The notes below the pieces were generated by a model. That model was not told where the DNA came from and did no database searches. It saw only the letters and a list, made by a program, of their open reading frames with translations. A stretch of DNA of 33,809 nt from Acidimicrobiales bacterium (GTDB lineage Bacteria > Actinomycetota > Acidimicrobiia > Acidimicrobiales > Bog-793): contig JBEKLG010000002.1 in NCBI GenBank assembly GCA_050010315.1, positions 1 through 33,809 on the forward strand. The letters run 5' to 3'. Of the stretch, positions 17,926 to 25,226 are shown in pieces (position 1 is the first letter of the stretch; each line of letters begins with the position of its first letter). The translations under genes and the position numbers were made by a program.

Positions 17926-18606
17926 GTGGAGCCGCTCGCCTGCTTCCCGGACCCGCCGAGTCCGGGGCTCGCCAAGGCGCTCGACTCGGCGGGCTACGCC
18001 TTCACCGCGGTCGCCAACGCCGACGCGGTGCGCGAGCTCGAGCCCACCGAGGGATGGCCCGGTGCCGTCATCTCCGTGGTCGAGTCACCGGAGGCGGCGT
18101 TCTCGCTGTGTCGGGTGCTGCGCCAGCGCGACGAGCCCGTGGCGCCGGTGCTCCTCGTGGCGAACGCCGACCAGCTCGCCACGCTCGACAGCCACAAGGA
18201 GCTCTTCGACGACTTCACGCTCACCGAGGCGATGTCCGACGAGATCGAGATGCGCCTCGGGCACCTGTTGTGGAAGACCGGGCGCGGCAAGCACCACGAC
18301 GTGATCGCCTACGGACCCCTCGCCCTCAACCTCGAGACCTACCAGGCAGTCGTCGCCGGGCGCTCGCTAGACCTCACGTTCATGGAGTACGAACTGCTCC
18401 GCTTCCTCGCCGCCCGTCCGGGCAAGGTCTTCACCCGGGAGGTGCTCCTCGCTCGGGTCTGGGGTTACGAGTACTTCGGCGGGGCGCGCACGGTCGACGT
18501 CCACATCCGGCGGCTGCGGGCCAAGCTCGGCGAGGAGAATGCGCACCTCATCGAGACCGTGCGCAGCGTCGGCTACCGCTTCGGGAAGGCGCGCTGGTCG
18601 CCCTAG
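17926..18606 (+). CDS. glnR: GlnR-like orphan OmpR-family regulator (degenerate receiver plus winged helix)
   Basis: The C-terminal domain LDLTFMEYELLRFLAARPGKVFTREVLLARVWGYEYFGGARTVDVHIRRLRAKLG...VRSVGYRF closely resembles actinobacterial GlnR as I remember it. It sits 39 nt downstream of glnA. The receiver-like N-terminal half has no obvious acidic pocket. Confidence 0.78.
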   Translation: MEPLACFPDPPSPGLAKALDSAGYAFTAVANADAVRELEPTEGWPGAVISVVESPEAAFSLCRVLRQRDEPVAPVLLVANADQLATLDSHKELFDDFTLTEAMSDEIEMRLGHLLWKTGRGKHHDVIAYGPLALNLETYQAVVAGRSLDLTFMEYELLRFLAARPGKVFTREVLLARVWGYEYFGGARTVDVHIRRLRAKLGEENAHLIETVRSVGYRFGKARWSP

Positions 18607-18656
18607 AGGCGGCTCCGCCGACTGGCGCGCCGGCCATGGCTGCAGCTGGCGGGGAA

Positions 18657-19061
18657 CTACACCTTGGCCGGTGGCAGGTAGGCCCAGGCCTCGACCTCGA
18701 CGAGGGCGCCGAACGGCAGCGCCTTGACGGCGACGGTGGTGCGGGCCGGGAGGTTGTCGCCGAAAGCGGCGGCGTACGCCTCGTTCATCGCGGCATAGTC
18801 CCCCATGTCGGTCAAGAACACCGTCGTCTTGGCCACCGCGTCGAGCGACGACCCCTCGGCTGCCAACAGCTCCCCGAGATTCGCAAGCGCCCGGGACAGC
18901 TGTTCGGCGACGCCACCAGCGACGAGGCTGCCGCCGGTAAGGCCGAGCTGGCCAGAGCAGACGAGCCAGTCACCCGCCCGCACGACCGGGCGGTAGAAGC
19001 GCCGCAGCCCCTGCGGCGCGGGCGCGCCTTGGGTAGCGCTCAGCTGAACGAGGAGCCGCAA
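18657..19061 (-). CDS. RidA/YjgF/L-PSP family protein
   Basis: GAPAPQG..YRPVVRAGDWLVCSGQLGL, AVAKTTVFLTDMGDYAAMNEAY, PARTTVAVKALPFGALVEVEA. The start is an uncertain TTG at 19061, which would overlap the upstream gene's 3' end by 22 nt. Confidence 0.8.
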   Translation of the reverse strand: MRLLVQLSATQGAPAPQGLRRFYRPVVRAGDWLVCSGQLGLTGGSLVAGGVAEQLSRALANLGELLAAEGSSLDAVAKTTVFLTDMGDYAAMNEAYAAAFGDNLPARTTVAVKALPFGALVEVEAWAYLPPAKV

Positions 19062-19405
19062 CCGCAGGTGCGCGTCGCGGCCGGGTTGGTGATGTGGAAG
19101 CCCGACTCCCGCAGGCCGTCGCTGAAATCCAGCGTCGCCCCCTTGATGAGCTCGGCGCTCTCGGGGTCGACGACGACGCGGACCCCCCCAAAGGTCCGCA
19201 CGATGTCATCGTCGGCGACGTCGGCGTCGAAGAACATGTCGTAGCTGTAGCCGGAACAGCCGCCGGGCCGGACCGCGACCCGGAGCGCGAGATCCTTGCC
19301 GTCGGTCTCGGCGGCGAGCAGTTCGGCGACTTTTGCGACCGCGGTGTCGGTGAGGCTCACGGGGTTCGGCCGCTGGCCGATCTTGACCGTCGTGGCGGTA
19401 TTCAC
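19040..19405 (-). CDS. A-type iron-sulfur cluster carrier (HesB/IscA/ErpA family)
   Basis: VRPGGCSGYSYDMFFD and C-terminal NPAATRTCGCGSSFS. AAGGAG lies 6 nt upstream of GTG 19405. The 371-aa track ORF is an upstream extension antisense to mrp. Confidence 0.9.
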   Translation of the reverse strand: MNTATTVKIGQRPNPVSLTDTAVAKVAELLAAETDGKDLALRVAVRPGGCSGYSYDMFFDADVADDDIVRTFGGVRVVVDPESAELIKGATLDFSDGLRESGFHITNPAATRTCGCGSSFS

Positions 19406-19479
19406 AAGTTGCTCCTTGCCATCGCCCCGTCTCGCTTCGTCGCTCGATCCTAACAAGGCGGTCGCGCGAACCCGCCCGT

Positions 19480-19485
19480 TAGCAT
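19480..19485 (+). promoter_or_regulatory. candidate -10 hexamer TAGCAT, 8 nt upstream of the mrp ATG (near-leaderless transcript)
   Basis: It matches the TANNNT pattern, there is no SD between it and ATG 19494, and it lies in an 88-bp divergent spacer. Confidence 0.35.
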
Positions 19486-19493
19486 CATCTGCG

Positions 19494-20678
19494 ATGGCTG
19501 CCGACCGACACCGGGACGGCCCGGCCGGCGGCTCCCCGAGCCACGACGAGCTGTTCGCCGCGCTGCGTGACGTCGTCGACCCCGAGCTCGGCGAGGACAT
19601 CGTCACGCTCGGCATGGTCCGCTCGGCTCGCAGCGACAAGGGTAGGACGCGAGTCGAGATCGCCCTCACGGTCGCGGCCTGCCCGTTGCGCGTCCAGCTG
19701 CGGAACGACGTCACCCGCCGCCTCGAGTCGCTCGACGGCGTCACATCGGTCGAAGTCACGACCGTCGTGATGGGACGCGACGAACGGGCCCGCCTGATGT
19801 CGAGGGCACGCCGGGCGGCGCAGGGCCGCGCCATCGCGGCGAGCTTCCCCGACGCCACTCGCGTTCTCGCCGTCGTCTCGGGCAAGGGCGGTGTCGGCAA
19901 GTCCTCGGTCGCGGCCAACCTGGCGCTCGGCCTCGCGCGTCGAGACCTCGCCGTCGGTCTGCTCGACGCGGACATCTGGGGTTTCTCGATCCCGCGCCTG
20001 CTCGGGGTCGCCGGACCCCTCGAGGTGCGTGCCAAGAAAATCCTCCCCGCGCGAATCGAGGTCGCAGGACAGCGCCTGCAGGTGGTGTCGATGGGGTTCC
20101 TCGCCGACGAGAACGAAGCGCTCATGTGGCGCGGCCTCGTGCTCGCCCGGGCCATCCAGCACTTCCTCGAGGACGTCGCCTGGGGACCGCTCGACTACCT
20201 GCTCGTCGACATGCCACCGGGAACCGGCGACGTTCAGATGGCACTGGCGAGGATGCTGCCGCGCGCCGAGTTCCTCGTCGTCACGACGCCTTCGCTGGCC
20301 GCGGCAAGAGTCGCCGGGCGCGCCGCCGACATGGCCCGCAAGGGCCACGTTCGCGTTGCCGGCGTCATCGAGAACATGTCCCCGTACATGACCGAGGACG
20401 GACGACGACACGTCGCCTTCGGTGAGGGCGGCGGCGCGGCGCTCGCTGCAGAGATCGGCGCGCCGCTCCTCGGGGCGTTGCCCTTCGACCCCGACCTCAC
20501 CCGGGCGGGCGACGCCGGGACAATGCGCGAGCTCGCGACCGACGGTTCTTTCGGCACCGAGCTCGCCGCGCTCGTCGGCCGGCTCGCGACCGATATCGCC
20601 CCCCCGATCGCGAAATCCGGGTGCACGGCGCGGCTCATCCAGCACGTCGACGCGGCGCGGGGATGGCCCGCGAGCTGA
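19494..20678 (+). CDS. mrp: Mrp/ApbC/NBP35-family Fe-S cluster carrier ATPase with an N-terminal DUF59 (MIP18) domain
   Basis: DUF59 LRDVVDPELGEDIVTLGMV. Deviant Walker A VVSGKGGVGKSSVAANLA. Also LLVDMPPGTGD and GVIENMS. The ATG 19494 start avoids overlap with the divergent carrier gene. Confidence 0.92.
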   Translation: MAADRHRDGPAGGSPSHDELFAALRDVVDPELGEDIVTLGMVRSARSDKGRTRVEIALTVAACPLRVQLRNDVTRRLESLDGVTSVEVTTVVMGRDERARLMSRARRAAQGRAIAASFPDATRVLAVVSGKGGVGKSSVAANLALGLARRDLAVGLLDADIWGFSIPRLLGVAGPLEVRAKKILPARIEVAGQRLQVVSMGFLADENEALMWRGLVLARAIQHFLEDVAWGPLDYLLVDMPPGTGDVQMALARMLPRAEFLVVTTPSLAAARVAGRAADMARKGHVRVAGVIENMSPYMTEDGRRHVAFGEGGGAALAAEIGAPLLGALPFDPDLTRAGDAGTMRELATDGSFGTELAALVGRLATDIAPPIAKSGCTARLIQHVDAARGWPAS

Positions 20679-20691
20679 GCGCGCTGGACGG

Positions 20692-20955
20692 TCAGCCGGC
20701 GCGGCGCTCGAGGATCTGCTTGCGTTCGACCTCGTTCAGCCCGCCCCAGATCCCGTGGGGCTCGCGGATCCGGATCGCGTAGTCGAGGCAGGGTCGCTGC
20801 ACCGGGCAGAGCGCACACATCGATTTCGCGGCCGCTTCGCGGTCGAGTCGCTCCTCCTTGCCCTCGGGCTGCGTCGGGGGGAAGAAGACGGCGGCCTGCG
20901 GTCCCCGACACGAAGCTTTGAGGTACCAGACTTTCTCGGATCGCTCAGCGATCAC
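20692..20955 (-). CDS. WhiB-like (Wbl) [4Fe-4S] transcription factor
   Basis: 87 aa with four Cys (ASCRG...MCALCPVQRPC), FFP after the first Cys, and GIWGG followed by a basic tail. GGAGGGG lies 5 nt upstream of GTG 20955. The rest of the track ORF is spurious. Confidence 0.88.
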   Translation of the reverse strand: MIAERSEKVWYLKASCRGPQAAVFFPPTQPEGKEERLDREAAAKSMCALCPVQRPCLDYAIRIREPHGIWGGLNEVERKQILERRAG

Positions 20956-21132
20956 GAACCCCTCCCCGCCTCGTCCCCTGTGGACGAACCCTCGAGCGGC
21001 CGGCCGACCCCGCTTCGACCCGTCCGCGCCAGGTCGGCTGCGTCGTGACGCTACTGCCACGTCCGGCCGCCTGACAAGGGGTTCTGCAAGCCGAGCGCCC
21101 TGGCAGCACCCGGCGCTGAGCGCCGCTCCCGG

Positions 21133-21138
21133 TAGTGT
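21133..21138 (+). promoter_or_regulatory. candidate -10 hexamer TAGTGT, 10 nt upstream of the first ArsA-like gene
   Basis: TANNNT match with no SD before ATG 21149. Confidence 0.3.
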
Positions 21139-21148
21139 CGGACCCCGG

Positions 21149-22153
21149 ATGGACGTCACGCGGTTCCTGCGCCGAAGCCACGTCCTCGTCGTCGTCGGCA
21201 AGGGCGGCGTCGGCAAGACGACGACAGCCGCGGCGCTGGCGAACCTCGCCGCCGACGCCCGCCTCGACGTGCTCGTCGTCACGCTCGACGAATCCGCCGG
21301 GCTGGCCGCCCTCTTCGGGCGCGACGGCGGTCTCGGCTACGACGAGACGACCCTGCGCCCGGGGCGGGGGTCCGTCGATCCGGACGAGACGCCCGACGGG
21401 ATGGGATCACCGCGAGTCCCCGGCCGGGTGCGGGCGAGGGTCCTCACCCCGGACGCGGCGCTGCTCGAGTACCTGAGCGCGCACGGCCTCGGGCGCTTCG
21501 CGGCGCGCCTCGTGCGCTCCGGCGCGCTCGAAGTCGTCGCGACAGCGGTTCCTGGGATCCGCGAGGTCCTCATCCTCGGCAAGGTGCGCCAGCTCGAGCA
21601 GGCCGAGGTCGCTGATCTCATCGTCCTCGACGCGCCGGCGACCGGCCACGCCCTTAGCTTCTTGTCGAGCTCGGGCGGCCTCGCTGACGCTGCCCGCGCC
21701 GGTCCGCTCCGGACCCAGGCCGACGAAGTCGTGGCGATGCTCACCGACCCGGGCCGCTGTCAGGCCGTCGTTGTCACGGTTCCCGAGGAGACCCCGGTGA
21801 ACGAGGCCGTCGAGACCGCCTTCCGGCTGGAGGACAAAATCGGCGTCGCCCTCGGCCCGGTCGTCGTCAACGGTTGCTACCCCGTGATCGAGCACCTCGA
21901 CGAGGACCCCGCCGCGTTGGCGGCGGCGGCCGGGTTGGGGCCGCTCGATGGCGAAGTCGCCGAGGCGATCGGCCGCGCCGCGACCTTCCGGCGAGGCCGG
22001 CAGCAGCTCCAGCGGGCAGAACTCACCCGGCTCGCCGCACAACTTCCCTTGCCCCGGATCGAGCTCCCGTACCTCTTCACCGCCGAGGTCGGCAGCGCCG
22101 AGCTCGCGCAGCTCGTGGCGTCGCTCGCCGCCGGCATCGAGGCGTTGTCGTGA
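21149..22153 (+). CDS. ArsA/Get3-like P-loop ATPase, subunit 1 (KGG-type deviant Walker A)
   Basis: VVVGKGGVGKTTTAAALA, LIVLDAPATGHAL (switch II-like), VVVTVPEETPVNEA. 334 aa. Confidence 0.85.
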   Translation: MDVTRFLRRSHVLVVVGKGGVGKTTTAAALANLAADARLDVLVVTLDESAGLAALFGRDGGLGYDETTLRPGRGSVDPDETPDGMGSPRVPGRVRARVLTPDAALLEYLSAHGLGRFAARLVRSGALEVVATAVPGIREVLILGKVRQLEQAEVADLIVLDAPATGHALSFLSSSGGLADAARAGPLRTQADEVVAMLTDPGRCQAVVVTVPEETPVNEAVETAFRLEDKIGVALGPVVVNGCYPVIEHLDEDPAALAAAAGLGPLDGEVAEAIGRAATFRRGRQQLQRAELTRLAAQLPLPRIELPYLFTAEVGSAELAQLVASLAAGIEALS

Positions 22154-23217
22154 GCGCCCTCGACGCGACGGTCGAGGGGCGTTCGGTCGCCATCTGCTGC
22201 GGCGCGGGCGGCGTCGGCAAGACGACGACCGCGGCGGCACTCGCCGTCGCGGCGGCGCTGCGGGGCCGCACGGCCTGCGTCGTCACGATCGACCCGGCAC
22301 GGCGGCTCGCCGACGCGCTGGGCGCGACCGGTGTCGGCAACGAACCCCGCGAAATCGCCGGACCGTGGCCGGGAAGGCTCAGTGTCGTGATGCTCGACGC
22401 CAAGACAACCTTCGACACGCTCGTCGGGCGCTACGCCCGCGATCCCGAGCAGGCCGCCCGCATCCTCACGAACCGCCTCTACCGGAACCTTGCTTCGGTG
22501 CTCTCCGGCACTCAGGAGTACATGGCGACCGAGAAGCTCTTCGAGCTGCACGAGCAGGCCGCCTTCGACCTCGTCGTCGTCGACACGCCGCCGACGCCTC
22601 ACGCCCTCGAGTTCCTCGACGCGCCCCGCCGCCTGGAGCGCTTCCTCGACAACCGGATCTTCAAGGCGTTCGTCGCACCGGGCACCACATACCTGCGTGC
22701 AATGAGCCTCGCCGGCCAGGCCGTCATCCGGTCGATCGCCCGCGTCGCCGGCGCGGAGATCGTCGACGACACTCTCGCCTTCTTCAGCGCGTTCCAGGGC
22801 ATGGAACAGGGCTTCCGGGACCGCGCCGCGCGGGTCGAGCGGCTGCTCGCCGAGCGATCGACGGGGTTCGTCCTCGTCACCACCCCCCGGCGGGACGCGA
22901 TCGACGACGCTCACTTCTTCCTCGACGAGCTCGGTCGGCGCCACGGTGCCATCGACGCGCTCGTCGTCAACCGGGTCCACCCCGACTTCGGCTCGCCGCG
23001 GATCCCCAGGTCCCGCGGCGCCGGGAGCACGGCCTGGAACGAGCTCGTCGGAAACCTCGTCGACCTTGAGACGATCGCGCGGCGAGAGGAGGGCTTCCTC
23101 GCCGACCTCGTCAGGGCCGTCGCGCCCGCGCCGGTCGTGCGCGTCCCGCTCCTCGAGAGCGACGTGCACGACGTCGAGAGCCTGCTGCGCGTCGTTCGCC
23201 ACCTCGTGAGCGCCTAG
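22150..23217 (+). CDS. ArsA/Get3-like P-loop ATPase, subunit 2 (AGG variant Walker A)
   Basis: ICCGAGGVGKTTTAAALA, VVVDTPPTPHALEFLD, VLVTTPRRDAIDDA. Its GTG 22150 start overlaps the upstream stop as GTGA. Confidence 0.85.
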   Translation: MSALDATVEGRSVAICCGAGGVGKTTTAAALAVAAALRGRTACVVTIDPARRLADALGATGVGNEPREIAGPWPGRLSVVMLDAKTTFDTLVGRYARDPEQAARILTNRLYRNLASVLSGTQEYMATEKLFELHEQAAFDLVVVDTPPTPHALEFLDAPRRLERFLDNRIFKAFVAPGTTYLRAMSLAGQAVIRSIARVAGAEIVDDTLAFFSAFQGMEQGFRDRAARVERLLAERSTGFVLVTTPRRDAIDDAHFFLDELGRRHGAIDALVVNRVHPDFGSPRIPRSRGAGSTAWNELVGNLVDLETIARREEGFLADLVRAVAPAPVVRVPLLESDVHDVESLLRVVRHLVSA

Positions 23218-23222
23218 ACCGA

Positions 23223-23242
23223 CGTGGCACTTCCTCGCCACG
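23223..23242 (+). terminator. candidate hairpin just after the ArsA-like operon
   Basis: CGTGGC-ACTTCCTC-GCCACG, a 6-bp stem located 6 nt after the TAG stop. There is no U-tract. Confidence 0.25.
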
Positions 23243-23522
23243 AGGCGTGGACGCGTCTGCGTCGGGAAAACTTCGTGACCGCGGTTCTCTTCGTATGGTG
23301 TTCGGCCGATGGCGCGGTTCGGACCGCCTGGTCGACGAGCACCCCGCTCCGTGTCGTCCCGGTCCGAGGTCACGGCGGTGCCTGCCGATTCCTGATCGAA
23401 AGACTCGAGGGCAGGTCGTCACCGTGCCAGGCCCGCACGATGAGCCCGGATTCCCCGGTTACCGCAGCACGCGATCTCCAATGGGTCCGGCTGACCTGCC
23501 AACTGCGGCCGCGAGCTCTCTC

Positions 23523-23528
23523 TAGGCT
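23523..23528 (+). promoter_or_regulatory. candidate -10 hexamer TAGGCT, 6 nt upstream of the aldo-keto reductase GTG (leaderless geometry)
   Basis: TANNNT match whose spacing puts the expected transcription start at or next to GTG 23535. No SD is present. Confidence 0.35.
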
Positions 23529-23534
23529 GGCGGG

Positions 23535-24416
23535 GTGACCACCGAGGCATTCGGGCCCCGCCGGCTGGGGGCATCGGGTATCGAGGTGTCCGCCCTGGGT
23601 GTCGGCACGAACCGCTGGGGAGGGCGGGGGGCGGCGGAGCCGGACCTGGCGGCCACTTTCGGCGCCTCCATTGACGCCGGCGTCACCTTCTTCGACACCG
23701 CCGAGGTCTACATGGCAGGGCGGTCAGAACGACTCCTCGGGCGCTGCTGCCGGAAAGACGGCCGCCCCGTGATCCTCGCCAGCAAGTTCGCGCCGTACCC
23801 GACGCGCCTCGTTGGCGCGCAGTTCGCCCGGGCGTTGGACGCAACGCTGCACGGGATGGGCCGGGACTCGATCGACCTGTACTACCTGCACTTCCCCCAC
23901 AGCCTGGTGCGCATCGAGACGTGGATGAACCGCATGGCGGAGGCGGTCGGCTCGGGAAAGGTTCGTGCCGTCGGCGTGAGCAACTGCGACGCCTCCCAGA
24001 TGCGGCGGGCCAGAGACGCCCTGGGTCGCCACGGTATCCCTCTAGCAGCCAACCAGGTCCAGTACAGCCTGGTGCACCGCAAGCCCGAGCACGACGGCGT
24101 GCTCGCCGCATGCCGGGAACTCGACGTCGCCCTGGTCGCTTATCGTCCGCTTGGCGGCGGCCTGCTCCGGAGCGGGTCGGACGACAGCGACAACAGGGCG
24201 CTCGACGGCGCGCTGGCGCTCATCGCGGGACAACGTGGCGTCACCCCCAGCCAGGTGGCACTGAACTGGCTGCTGTGCCAGGACGCCCGGGTCATCGCCA
24301 TACCCGGGGCCACGAAAATCTCACACGCTACCCAGAATGCCGCCGCCATCGCCTGGAGGCTCGACCGCGAGGAGCTGGCCATCCTCGACAGGGCTTCGGC
24401 CCATCTAATTTCATGA
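23535..24416 (+). CDS. aldo/keto reductase
   Basis: LGVGTNRWGG, FFDTAEVY, DLYYLHFP, AVGVSN, NQVQYSL, IPGATK. 293 aa. Confidence 0.9.
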   Translation: MTTEAFGPRRLGASGIEVSALGVGTNRWGGRGAAEPDLAATFGASIDAGVTFFDTAEVYMAGRSERLLGRCCRKDGRPVILASKFAPYPTRLVGAQFARALDATLHGMGRDSIDLYYLHFPHSLVRIETWMNRMAEAVGSGKVRAVGVSNCDASQMRRARDALGRHGIPLAANQVQYSLVHRKPEHDGVLAACRELDVALVAYRPLGGGLLRSGSDDSDNRALDGALALIAGQRGVTPSQVALNWLLCQDARVIAIPGATKISHATQNAAAIAWRLDREELAILDRASAHLIS

Positions 24417-24739
24417 GGGCGGGATCTGCGAGATCCGCCACACGGTCGGATCCCTCGCGCGGGTCGTCTCACCGGGCGGCGCGGACAGAGTCTCAGTTCG
24501 CAAAGGGATCCTCGAGGACCGCTCACGAGCAGAACTGGCGAATTCAGGTGCGTCACCCGGCGGTTGCCGTGAGCCGCCCGAGAAATGGTGACTGTTCCCG
24601 TTGAAAAACTGTCCGCCCTGGACGACTGACTGGTTCCATCAAGGCCGCGCCACCTTGCGTGCCGTGGGCGCCGATCTCGTCCTTGTCGCATCGTCGTCCC
24701 GGGCAAATGCCCCCGCTACCCACCTCGTCGGCTGAGCGC

Positions 24740-24745
24740 TACCTT
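24740..24745 (+). promoter_or_regulatory. candidate -10 hexamer TACCTT, 6 nt upstream of the receiver-protein GTG (leaderless geometry)
   Basis: TANNNT match with no SD before GTG 24752. Confidence 0.35.
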
Positions 24746-24751
24746 GGGTAA

Positions 24752-25168
24752 GTGGAGAAGATCCTGCTCGTAGCCGACGCCACGACCGTCGTCGAGGAGT
24801 TGACTGCGGTCGTCGACGACGGCGAGCGGGAGATCCGTGTCGCCCGGAGCGGCGAGGCGGTCCGTGGCCTCGCCGCGCAGTTCGCGCCCGACCTCGTCAT
24901 CACCGACAGCCAGGTCCAGAACATGGGCGGATTCGCGGTCGCCTTCGACCTCGCCCACGAGGAGTCCGGCGGACGCGCCGGGCACGTACCGGTCCTCGTG
25001 CTCCTCGACCGCCGCGCCGACGTCTTCCTCGCCCGTCGCACGGGCGTCGAGGGTTACCTCGTGAAGCCGTTCGACCCGGTGCGGCTGCGCCGGGCCGTCG
25101 AGGCGTTGCTCGCCGGCGGGACGTTCCACGACGAGTCGTTCGCGCCGACGACGATCACCGCCTCCTAG
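24752..25168 (+). CDS. stand-alone CheY-like response-regulator receiver domain protein
   Basis: KILLVADAT (single Asp in the acidic pocket), phospho-acceptor LVITDSQV, VLVLL, and conserved Lys in YLVKPF. 138 aa with no output domain. Confidence 0.85.
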   Translation: MEKILLVADATTVVEELTAVVDDGEREIRVARSGEAVRGLAAQFAPDLVITDSQVQNMGGFAVAFDLAHEESGGRAGHVPVLVLLDRRADVFLARRTGVEGYLVKPFDPVRLRRAVEALLAGGTFHDESFAPTTITAS

Positions 25169-25226
25169 CAGGCAGTTCGAACATGACGGCCTCAGTCCTC
25201 AAGCCTTTCTTCAGGCTGGCCCGACG

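Noticed and set aside
19040-20155. 371-aa minus-strand ORF and the 460-aa plus-strand ORF 19296-20678
   Set aside because: Both are N-terminal over-extensions running antisense into each other. The real genes are the 121-aa A-type carrier (SD plus GTG 19405) and Mrp from ATG 19494.
21877-23373. 498-aa minus-strand ORF, plus 21407-22240 (-) and 21948-23069 (+)
   Set aside because: They are Arg/Pro/Asp-rich shadows or alternative frames of the two ArsA-like genes, which carry clear P-loop motifs in the plus frames chosen.
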